DNA of 64,000 nt from Daphnia carinata. Taxonomy: Eukaryota. Location: the NCBI RefSeq assembly GCF_022539665.2, contig NC_081331.1, positions 4,650,001-4,714,000 on the forward strand, given 5' to 3'. Below the pieces are notes generated by a model. That model saw only the letters and a program-made list of their open reading frames with translations. It ran no database searches and had not been told where the DNA came from. Positions 1-10,777 of this stretch are shown piece after piece. Numbering within the stretch: the first letter of the stretch is position 1; each line of letters begins with the position of its first letter. The translations under genes and the position numbers were made by a program.

Positions 1-1319
1 AGGATTGTTGCGAAACACGCATGGCTGCTTTTATTGTCTGGAACACTGTGTGTGATCGGAATGGTGGAGGAGCTTGTGGTGAAGGGGGGGGGGCGAATGG
101 AATAATGAAGACGTACATAAATTTTCTTTTAAAAGCGTCACTCGGGAGACGTTCGTATTTGTTCTACTTCTATACTCAATATTTTTTTCAAGAACTCTAC
201 AAGCGGCCTTGGCCAGATCTTAGGTCTCTTGGAATATTGGCTCTCCATTTCGCACGAAGAGCAATTTCCACTACTCCAGTAGATATAGCGTGAGAGAATG
301 AAAAGAAATGTAAGTCCTGTACACTTAGCTGTTCCGTATAGAGTGGCCACGTTTCTTTACAGTTCCCAAGTCCGGATGGTGTGGACTCGAAGGCACGTCG
401 CCGACGCACTCGTGTTTGCCTAATAGATTCGCCTCTTCAAACTAACAGGAATAAGAACTTTGGACAGACCAGGTTTTCTTTGCAATATTTCCTTTTTCAC
501 CCTGGCAGGCAGCACAGTCGGTTGTTTGCACCCGAGAGTTTCTGTTGACAGCGGGACGCAACCGGAGAACCGATCGAATTTTCGACAAAAAAAGAAAACC
601 AAACGGGATGTGTAATTCTTGACGTTGGGGAAATCGAAGAAACTGACAATATCAAATCCCCTCACACCAATGAGTATATCCCTTTCTTCCCATTGGGACA
701 AGCATATGGCGAGTCGTTGATCCATCAGCGTGAAAAAAGAAGAAGCCTCTCGATCCTGTCGATGAACGTGTACCTACAGATTTATAAAGAACTGGTTTGG
801 TTAGGATTTCTAAGGTCTATTGTGCACCGTCATCCTTTCGCAATTGAAGGAATCATGAGACTTACAGCGTCGTTGCACGGACGCTCAGATTTTCCATCCG
901 TGCTACGTGTCGCGAACAGAGCGGTAAACAGACAACTCTTACATTCAATCTAACGTCGATCATTCGTTTTTTTTTTCCTATCGAGGAAGGGAGGAAGAAG
1001 ACTGGCATTACAAGCAAGAATGCGATGCAATACCGTAGCTATTCCATCATAAGACTTGACTTCGTTTTTGCTTCATTACCTTATTGTTCTCTAAAGAAGA
1101 GACTCTTCGTGGGAGTTGCCGGTAGAAGTTTAGAAGTTATTGCTTCCAGGTTATCCGGCTTAGCATTCGTTTAGGTGGAAGATAATTCAAACCAAGGCGA
1201 GTTACTGAAAGCTTCATTACGCGCACCCTCTATTGATAAAAGTTCATGGATTTAGCGCTGCGTGGGAATTGATTTGCGCTGCATTTTTATTCCAAATGAT
1301 GTCAGCTGGGAATAATTAG

Positions 1320-4300
1320 ATGCTGACAGGAACTCGATTTGTCACTCTGGCCGCTGGAACGTATTTCGCGGTTTTTATTATAAATTCATCAAGCGAGCTG
1401 GAAGGGGAAATGTTACACCATTTTCTCTCATGGTCGTCGGCTGGTGATACTTAGCGTTCAGAACGACGTAAAAAAACCAACGAAGCCAAAATCGATTCCT
1501 ACCCATTTGCTTCGTTATACGACCCAAGAACCACAGATAACGATGAGACCATAACCGATTTCAGCACAAACCAATCAAAATACATAGCTTATTCATAGAA
1601 TTCAGCGGAGAGAAAAAAAAAATGAGTTCTGTCACGGTCGTGAAAAAAAAATCTGATATTCTGTCCTTCGTTTCTTCCGTTTCCCTGAACTGAATTTTCA
1701 AACTACCAGTCAATAAAATAAAAGTCCATTTATTATTATGATTACATTAAGCCACAACGCTACGAATTACATGTTTAACCAACTATATATTTTGGTGTTC
1801 CAATAAAGTTGTTATAGATACTCTCGATATTATAGGCTCTCTTACGACAAGCTAACAAATGCAATTACATGTATTCATTCGCTTTTTTCTATTTTTATTG
1901 GCTCTATTATCAATCCAGAATTACACAGGCGAACGGAGACCGGAAGGGCAGCTATGCATGAATTGCGAACTCTTCTCGACCGTTTGGAAATCGGCTGCTT
2001 GGAGACGTCGTTAACAGATCCTCAACCCAAAGGTAAAGGAACTTGATAAATCAGCGAATGCCATTGTTGATCATTCAAATAACGTGTACCGCACTGTTAA
2101 CTAACAAATTTAAACTTAAAAAAAATCAATCCTGTACATATCACTCAGACATCTAAGCGGAAGACGATGTCCGTTTGATTGAGTAGTCTGTGCAAGAAAA
2201 GGAAAGTCTAGTGTTTCATCTGTATTGTCTAAATCGTGGCAGGTAGCTACTGATTTGCGCTACTGATTGACGAAGGGGAACTGTGTCAGATAACAGATGG
2301 CAATAAAAGAATATTCGTCCAGACATGACATCTAATCAACTGATTAGATGTCTGTAGCAACCACAGCTGCATAGGCATGGAAAGAGTTTCGATCGATCGA
2401 TTGCGGTTGACGTCACTATGACAGTCACATGTAATATCAATTGATTCTTGTGCCAGGAATTTGTATTTCATTGCGGAACCGTGGATGTTATTGCACATGA
2501 CCCACTGATAAAATTGAACAATAAGAATCAGCTGGTTCTTTCTTTTTTTTAATTCTTCTCATTTTTGCTTATTGACATTTCCATTTGCAGGAGAGGAATG
2601 TCCACGCGTATGGGACGGCCTTTTATGTTGGCCACCAACGCCAGCCAACGTTACGAGCCACCTCAGCTGTCCGGAGTATGTCGACGGGTTTGACGTCCTG
2701 GTGAGTCTTATATTATTTTTATCTTGTCAGATCTGACATCCAATCTCCTTCTTAACTGACGGCTACTGGTCAATGCTGGACCTTTCCTATTGTTCTGCAC
2801 TACGGCGGGGCCTACTATTTATTGTATACGCACTGACTCCCGACGATGGAGCCCATTTCCTCTTTCCGTGTGTCGACGGGGGCGTTCGTGCTTGGTAAAG
2901 ACCTAAGCAACGGACATGCCGAGGTTTTTTTGGCTCACGCCCTATCTCATTTAGCATCCCAGCGTTTTTTTCTGTGAAAGCTTTCTTCGTTTTCTTTTCC
3001 GCTGACTTGTTGTCTAGTGTCACAATGGGCATCTCGAAAGCACTCTCGTGTCGACTTGCGTACACGTACAAAGTCTCGTCCATCATTCCTCTTAACGAAA
3101 TAAGGGACGGGGAGGAGGGGCAAGGGTAAAAAAAACCCGGTTGTTTACGGATGACGTGCGTCAGCCGAAAACTCCTCGGCTACCGTTTGAAATGGTTCTC
3201 GTAAACAAACGCGATGCGGAATGAAAAGCTAGGAAACCCACCACATTTAGCGGTTTCCAAGTTATTGTTTTTTATGGAAAAGCAGAAGAATTTAGTTTGC
3301 CTATAGAAGTTTGGAGGTTCAAAGTTTTTCGTTGTCTGTCGGTTCCTACTCTTCGTTAAGCTCAATCGCTGGAAGACACTAATGAATGAGATGGGTAAAA
3401 TCCGGAATCCGCCCGCCTAAGCGCATTGCCTATTTCGACTGTTTCTATACAGCCAATAAATCTAAACTTAGCCGCATGAATGATAATTCAGCATATAACA
3501 CTCCAACAGGCTTTCGCGACTCGACATTGCATGGAAGATGGAACGTGGTACTTCAATCTACAGGAGAACAGAACTTGGTCGAATTATTCATCGTGTGGCC
3601 TGTCTAGACATTCCCCTTTCAACACCACGCTATTCGAAGTATATTGCTATTATATTCATAGGTTTTTTACGATATCATACCTTCTGCTTGTGCCTTGAAT
3701 CAATACTTTATCGAAATCATAGTTTAATTTTGCTTCTTCTGTGTGATTTTTATCTGATTCTAAGAGTTTTTGCGGATTTTGACAAATGTGGGATGGCCTT
3801 CTCACTTTTTCATTTTTGACCAAAATTTAGATTTGATTTAAAATACATGATTCCCATTCGAAATTGAACGAGAATCACAAAAGTTAAGTTAATTTTTACA
3901 TTGGGCTTGTAGATTTTTTAAAAATCGGAAAAAACGGGAGAAAAATTAAGCCCGACAAAATAGGCATGACAGAATAAGCCCGACTTTTTCATTTTTTTAA
4001 AACATCTAGAGATAGCTATAAAAATACATGATTTTGTTTCAAAATTAAATTAAAATCATAAATATGTCGTTCTTTTATTCGTTAGGTCAACCGTTTTTGA
4101 AATACACCTAATACTTACACGAGTTGCATCGCGCTAACACTGGTGCGTAATGGCGCGCTAGCGACTGTGTTAAATATTCGGTGTATTTCAAAAACGATTG
4201 ATTTTACGCAAAAACAAACCTTAAATAAATCGTTTAGACCTGGCTGCCAATTATCAGAAGGATATCACAAGTCGGTTATGGAGTCTCTCTCGGCACCTTA

Positions 4301-6508
4301 CTCATCGCCCTTTTTATTTTAGCATCATTCAAGTAATCGCATTTTTGTACATCTCGTGTCCAACGACCAAATCTGTTTCTAACCTTGATGATTTGACGAA
4401 TGGCAGGAAATTATATTGTCCGCGCAATACGCTACACATGCATCTGTTCATCTCTTTCATCATGCGAGCGTTTATGGCACTGCTCAGAGATAATCTCTTT
4501 GTCGATGGACTAGATAGTTTTGCCTTGTCGACAGATGAATCCCTCGCTGATACGAATGTGGACGATCTCCTGCACCAGTACCCCGGCACGGGCGGCGTTA
4601 GTATCTTTTTCTTTTGCTTTTCTTAAACGTTTGCGATAATTTCGTAGATTGCGTTTTCATTCAATACTTGAATATGATTTATCTTCGCTCTTAGTGGCAA
4701 TGCAAGCTAGTAACGAGCTTCTGGCAGTACTTCATCATGGCAAATTATTCCTGGATCCTGATGGAAGGACTCTACTTGCACAATCTAATCTTCCTGGCAC
4801 TGTTTACCGACTCTAGTGCCATCACCATTTACATTATCCTCGGTTGGGGTATGACATTCCCAATGAAAATTATGTCCGAGCTTAGATGAGGCGCGGTCGT
4901 GATAATGCAAATTCGCCATTTTGGTCGGATTATCAGTCGTCTGTGTTTGGTGGACAGGTTTACCATTGATATTCGTCTCTTCGTGGGTGGTAATGCGAGT
5001 CCTGTTTGAAAATCTACTCTGCTGGACGACGAACGAGAACAAAATCATATTTTGGCTTCTCATCCGGGGACCTATAACAGCTTCTATTTTGGTAAATAGT
5101 ACACGAGGCGAATCTGCGCCGCTTTCAAGCGCCTTTAATGTAATCGAAATTGATTTCGTTTTCAATTTTCCGCTCAAAGATCAATTTGATGTTCTTCCTG
5201 CACATCACGTGGGTGCTCCTGTCCAAGTTAAGGTCATCCGTATCAGCTGAGACACGCAAGTACAGGTACAGGTAAGCTTTTATCATTAAAGAAAAAGGTA
5301 CTCTCACTTTCTTGCCTGGCTCTCACGCTCACACAAACACTGCATGCGCTACGCACTACTTTTTATTCGCACTAAAGTAAAAGAAAAGAAAAAGAAGCAA
5401 ACGAAACAAAACATGAACACATTTACGTCGTGATGTTCCAGCGTCGGCACTGAACTTCTCCATGAATGACCTGCATGGAAAGCAAATGTCCGTCGTCCAA
5501 TATCGTTAGGACGTATACACACAGTTACATTACCAAACCAAAATCAATGGTTCACGAACTGATTTGATTCCATCTTTCCAACAGAAAATGGGCAAAATCC
5601 ACCTTGGTGTTGGTCCCTCTTTTCGGGGTTCACTACACCGTCTATTGTATTATGCACGGGGCAGACGACGGACTTGGGGAAGCTGTGGAAGTGGCACTCC
5701 TCGTTTCCGATCAACTTTTCGCTTCTTTTCAAGTATTCAAAAGGGTCTAGTCACTGGTATCAGCAATCCTTAATTGAAATCGATTTACCCAGGGATTCTT
5801 GGTTGCCCTTCTTTACTGTTTAATGAACGGCGAGGTCCGCGGAGAACTGTCCCGCCGGTGGAAACGATTCCGGCAGAATCATAACTTGGACTCGCCTTGG
5901 TCGCAGTACAGTATCACCAACAATTCCAGGTAATTCCGTCTAACTTGAAATTGATTGCGTTGATGGAAAAGGACAGCAAAGCATGAAAGACAACTCTATT
6001 AGGATTCTTCATTTGAATGGATGCAGGACAAATACGACACGCGGCTGGCGGACGTCGTTTCATTCAATTCAGATCACGTCAACGGGTGGCGATCGCCGTG
6101 ACTACAGACTCCGCTCCCTTACACCGCCGTTCATCGCGTGCTACAATAGCAACCCTAACAATTCGTCCAACAGCTGCGACTCGCGATCAACGTCTATTAC
6201 TGGCCCTATCAATCAATCAGTTAGCACCAACAGTGTCATTGGTCCGACACGCATTGCCTGTTCAAAGCAAATCACCATTGCAAATCGACTGGAGAAGGTA
6301 AACAAGGGATGAGCTCCTTAATATAGCACACCAGGTCGCAGTTAGAATTTTGAACGGTGACGATATGTTTATTTTCCCGCAGATCGTTAGCGAAAGCGAA
6401 GAATCGGAGCATTTAGACACTCGACCCCATTACGATAGTGACGAGGCGACGACTTTAGCTGATATGACTACCAAGCCTCTCAGGGCAATATCTAAAACGT
6501 CATTGTAA
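1320..6508 (+). CDS. Class B1 (secretin-family) GPCR, parathyroid hormone receptor-like; 13 exons: 1320-1443 (tentative), 1919-2032, 2591-2700, 3510-3638, 4238-4332, 4407-4596, 4695-4848, 4958-5091, 5180-5265/5271, 5585-5732, 5793-5929, 6027-6297, 6383-6508
   Basis: GT-AG splicing keeps frame throughout. Hormone-binding domain CPRVWDGLLCWPPTPANVTSHLSCPEYVDGFD...RHCMEDGTW...WSNYSSC; TM motifs GYGVSLGTLLIALFILASFKKLYCPRNTLHMHLFISF, CKLVTSFWQYFIMANYSWILMEGLYLH, GWGLP, KWAKSTLVLVPLFGVHY, FASFQGFLVALLYCLMNGEVRGEL. Exon 1 (MLTGTRFVTLAAGTYFAVFIINSSS) looks like a signal peptide but has a weak donor (GTGATA). The PTHR-like subfamily call is from remembered motif similarity only. Confidence 0.9.
3700..4225. 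mobile_element. Diverged, circularly permuted copy of the ~686 bp hairpin-rich repeat, inside a GPCR intron
   Basis: Shares blocks with 7710-8076 and 13112-13993, e.g. GAAGGCCTTCTCACTTTTTCATTTTTG-like, AATTGAACGAGAATCACAAAA, AAGCCCGAC, CAACCGTTTTTGAAATA, GCATCGCGCT, TTCAAAAACGATTGA. It fills most of intron 3639-4237. Confidence 0.8.
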
Positions 6509-7709
6509 AAGAACAATACGAAGGCATTATCTAGATACCTGCAAAACGCGTGAAATTATCACGACAGCCATTCCATTTGTCATGAGAAAAATCCACACTG
6601 ATGTACCTATACTTCCATTTAAACAGTTACGTGTCTTTCTACATGCACACGAAACTGTTTTTGGTGGAAGAAAGTCAGCCCCCTTCGATGACCTTATTTT
6701 TCTTATTGACAACATGTACATATTAATACGATATGTCTTCTTTCTTTAAATATTGCATGTCGTGTGTGGTTGGATCAGTGTATTATAACAAAACACCGGT
6801 GAGTTAAATGTCAAATGTGACCCTAAAAATGTGATTTTTGCTTTTAAACGTTCATACTGTCGATGAAAGTTTGCGGCTCAATATGATTAGCATTTTTCAG
6901 CTCTTATACAACATTAGGCACTTAAAGTGGTTCGTTTAAGCGTTAACCTAACCCTTTTATGTACAGCTGTGCAAGCCTATGCTCAGATTGAGTATTCGTA
7001 TCCTCCCGCCTCATGGTCAGTATTTTTTTTAGCTTGAAGCTATAGTCGTGACATCTCACGCTACGGATGGAAGAAGAACTGTTCACATCCTGTGTGAATC
7101 AAAGTCCATCTACCGACATCAGACAAACTGGGAACCAACGATTCGGATAAAAACAGGGCAAAGATGCAATTGTACTTCTAGTTCCTTTAGTTTAGCCAAT
7201 AACATCGGGGTAATCCTTGATTGATTGTGACGGTAAGTTCCGAGTCGAGTGCAAACGTTTTCTTAGAAAAGAATCAGTCGATATTAAGGCGAATAGTTAA
7301 AAGGTCAAGAAATATGCGATGGTGGAAACTGGTTCCACAACTAGTAGAGTGCGATAACCTACCACAATTCAATGACCTTATTCCTTTTCGGAATAATTAT
7401 GACCAAATGACCCTCATTCTTCATTTTCTGAACAAAACGCGTCGCTTAATCGCCGTGCCCGATTACACATAAGTGTAATGAAGCAACTATACCCGGTTTA
7501 AATTTAAATTTCTTAACTATCTGTGCCATACGGTTTCCTTAAATGTTCGCATTGTCGTCGCCCAATGTAATTGGCAAGTTATAAATAAAAAATGTCTGTA
7601 TTCCTAAATCACGCATTGCACCATTATGGAAGTTACAAACATACAGTATAAAACTGGAGGTGTATGTGCCTTCACGGACAGTTTCCACAGATCTCACACC
7701 ATAATAACA

Positions 7710-8076
7710 AAGCCCGACTTATTTTGTCGGGCTTAATTTTGATTTTGATTTTTTTTAACATCTAAATATAGCTATAAAAATATATGAATTTGATTCGAAA
7801 TTAAATGAGAATCACAAATATGTCGTTCCTTTTTTCCTTGGGCCAACCGTTTTTGAAATAGATTGAATATTTGTGCTGCATCGCGCTGGCGCTGGTGCGT
7901 ATTGGCGCGCTGACGCTGGTCGTACCACCGCTCGAGCATTGCGTTTAATATTCAGTATAATTCAAAAACGATTGATTTGACCCAAATATAAACCACGTTT
8001 TCGAAATCAGCGTTTAATTTTGCTTGTTCTGTTGTAATTTTTATCGGATTCTAACAGTTTTTATTTTTTGCCGATT
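7710..8076. repeat. Partial unit of the ~686 bp tandem repeat, left of the fold-back element
   Basis: Starts with the hairpin AAGCCCGAC-TTATTTT-GTCGGGCTT and is near-identical to 13131-13492. Confidence 0.9.
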
Positions 8077-8290
8077 TTTATGGCAATCCGTTTTACACAA
8101 AAAAAAAAAAAAATTTCGCCAAAAAAAAAAAAAAATCACACTTTTTTCTTTTTTTCCGACACGTAGCCATCTACCGCTCAGACTCGTTATTACTGGCGTA
8201 GGCAATTTCAGTCCATTGGATGCCATTCGCAGTTAGTTTAGACAGTAGCGTGGATGGAGAATAACGCGTGGTTGGAGGAACAATTGAAAA

Positions 8291-8965
8291 ATGGATAAGA
8301 TAATACAACAAAAGGATGGTAAGTATAAACATTATTATATTGGTTTTCAATTATTAATTATTGTTTATTAGATCAAATTATGAAGCTGCAGGCCCAATTA
8401 TTGAAACAACACAAAATATTAGATAACAGCAAAGCTAAGGATGGTAAGGCCTAATACGTAATGGTTCTATTTATTTGCTTTTATTCATTTGTGTTTTGTA
8501 GCTCAAATTTTGAGTCTACAAGCTCAGCTAGGGGAAAACAACAAATTGGATCGGAACAGTTTCCAAACAGTAAAGGAGGTTTTTCCAAACTCATCCCTAA
8601 CTGAACATGAGGATGAATTGGCAGTAGGCGAACACAGTCAGGTACCTAAACTTTTCAAATAAGAATTCAAAATAAGTATAGAATTTTAAAAAACAATTAT
8701 TTATTGTTTAGTTATTCAGTCCACCACCTGACAGTGTGTTAAAGTTAAATTCTGTTAGTGCTGCACTAAAAGAATTGTTAGTAATAAGCCCATGCAGTGA
8801 AGGAACTGAACAATTGTGGGACCGTATTTGGGCCGAAAATGGGTGTGGTACAAAAACCCAGAAATGGCACAAGTTCAACATGAAACGTGGATTAGGTACT
8901 TTTCGGTTTTTTGTCTATCGAAAAAGTATTTTTAATGCTATTATTTTGCATTCACAGAATTTTAG
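8291..8965 (+). CDS. Spliced ~143 aa coiled-coil ORF in the left arm (exons 8291-8318, 8372-8443, 8502-8641, 8712-8895, 8958-8965); further frame-disrupted exons run to ~9554, so possibly a truncated pseudogene
   Basis: Four 53-70 nt GT-AG introns whose removal keeps frame: MDKIIQQKDDQIMKLQAQLLKQHKILDNSKAKDAQILSLQAQLGENNKLDRNSFQTVKEVFPNSSLTEHEDELAVGEHSQLFSPPPDSVLKLNSVSAALKELLVISPCSEGTEQLWDRIWAENGCGTKTQKWHKFNMKRGLEF. The KD-QI--LQAQL module is duplicated across exons. Confidence 0.55.
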
Positions 8966-10360
8966 CAGGGGATCAAGTCAAGTCTGGAAGTGTTACAGGA
9001 TGGAAGAGTCAGCCTACAGTTGAAAAAAACACTGAGAGTGAATTACCATTAAGGTATGAGGTAAAGTAAGAGGGTATGCACATTGTCTAATGAGAAGTAC
9101 CATCTTGTGTGAATGAATCCTGTATAACAGCAATCCTTTATAGTTCTGTCACAGCTAGAAGCCTCAAATAATTCTACTTCCCTTGCTAAAGAACAACTTG
9201 TCCTTTACGCTCAGTGTTGGTGAAGCTGGGTACTTAAATGGCCCTAAAGATGTTTCACTTCACTGGCATTGCAGCGATGAACATCATACATGGACTCTTT
9301 AGGTATGAAAGGAATTTTCTTGAAAATTTTTTGAATTTATGATGAAGCTTTTCTCCTCCTTTTTGCCAACCATGTCTAATCTACAAAAAAAATATTTATC
9401 CAATAGGAAAGGATTTTCAGCATACTGGGAATACAACTATCAACAATGCAACATTCTAGGGGTTTTATTTTATCATTCAAGAGCCTTATACAATGATTTT
9501 CATCTGCAATTTGTATGGCCTTTCCCAAGCTTCTGCCAGAAGTTGAATCTATGAGTCATGTAAGTCACATGAGCAACAATTGAGATGCTTAATGGTGTTG
9601 TTTTTCTTTTCTCAGCATAGGTTAATAGTAACATTGGATCTGAAAAGATTCTTGGTTGGGGCATGACACTGAATAAATTGTAATGATTGAATGGATGATA
9701 TGACATTTCTATACTTCATTCGGATTCCCGAGACGGTATTTTATATTTAAAAAATTGAAGTGCATATCTGGGCTCCCTTCCTTTCCGTAGCCCCGTTTCC
9801 CCTTGACTCGTAATAAGCCCGTAGGGGGTCATGCCCCTACTGTACGGTATATATAAAAACAACATATACCGAGGTTTGGAGGGCTCTGGCCGGAAAGGGG
9901 ACGTGGATGTCCGCTTAGTCCGATGATGTGTTCACGGAGGGCTCTGTGGCTACCCACAAATCCGAACTAAAGGTTAATCGCTCCTGTAAAAATGTTCCAA
10001 ATCTTCAGCTCTTCTTCCGGCTTCTCTTAGCCAATCACCGGGTAATCTCCCCGGTGGGTCAACAAGGCAGTGTCTCCCCCTGCCTGGGTTGACGGCAACT
10101 TTTGAAAGGGCTATTGTGCCTTTTTAAAGTTGCAAAAATAATTGTAATGTGCAGAGAATTGTCAATAAATTTTTTTTTATAAAATATTTTTTGCAAAACT
10201 TGTTTCTTTCATTGTCTGTGTTCACACATTACATTAATAAACTTTAACAATCAACTTTTTTTTGTTAGCTTGCTCAATTCACATATAATGTTTATGCCAC
10301 CTTTGTTGGTAAACATTGTTTCCATTGGTTTATCGTTTATCTGTTGGCATTCAATTATTA

Positions 10361-10425
10361 TCCAGGAATCGAACCCTGGATGTTCGGCATACCGCGCCGA
10401 TGTTCTACCAATGAGCCATGAATCA
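10361..10425 (-). pseudogene. tRNA-like cassette 1 (degenerate tRNA / Pol III promoter)
   Basis: Minus strand TGGCTCATTGGTAGAACA-TCGGC-GCGGTAT-GCCGA-ACATCCAGGGTTCGATTCCTGG: A box, perfect 5-bp anticodon stem with 7-nt loop, B box; the acceptor stem is poor. Confidence 0.7.
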
Positions 10426-10539
10426 TATGATGTCAAGTTGGCTTTTTTCTAGTCACTTGCGGACTTGCATTTACACTTTGAATAAAATTGAAATGCATCA
10501 CTGCAATATTCTTTTCTCCATTTAGATGTAGATCTTTAT

Positions 10540-10610
10540 ACATCTAGTAAGGTTTGAACCCAGGGTAACAGTTATCACAGCTGAATGCTCTACCACAGAG
10601 CTATGTACCT
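10540..10610 (-). pseudogene. tRNA-like cassette 2 (degenerate)
   Basis: Minus strand TAGCTCTGTGGTAGAGCATTCAGCTGTGATAACTGTTACCCTGGGTTCAAACC: A box, GCTC/GAGC D-stem, B box GGTTCAAACC at tRNA spacing. Confidence 0.65.
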
Positions 10611-10705
10611 TACGAAAGCAATAGAAAGATAAACATATAGTTGTGAAAGACTGCATAAACATCCTAGACGATAACATATGATATGCGATAATAAAAATTT
10701 AAATA

Positions 10706-10777
10706 TATCTCGTGGCTGAATGTTAGAGCATCGGCGTTGCACGCTGAATGTCTGGGGATCGATTCCCATGCAAGTAA
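10706..10777 (+). pseudogene. tRNA-like cassette 3, tRNA-Ala(TGC)-like
   Basis: TGGCTGAATGTTAGAGCA-TCGGC-GTTGCAC-GCTGA-ATGTCTGGGGATCGATTCCCA: TGC anticodon and a GATCGA T-loop, as seen in eukaryotic tRNA-Ala; the acceptor stem is degenerate. Confidence 0.65.

Noticed and set aside
9500..9706. 68 aa ORF (and its mirror at 11489-11695) as an independent gene
   Set aside because: It recurs only because of the inverted repeat, lies antisense to the arm exon chain, and has no recognisable motif.
9880..9980. Hammerhead or HDV-like ribozyme in the hairpin cluster
   Set aside because: CCGATGA resembles the CUGAUGA core, but I found no correctly placed GAAA or stems, and I could not build an HDV double pseudoknot by eye.
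10361..10777. Functional tRNA genes
   Set aside because: Acceptor stems do not pair well, T-arms are irregular, and cassette 1 lacks U33. Treated as tRNA-derived cassettes.
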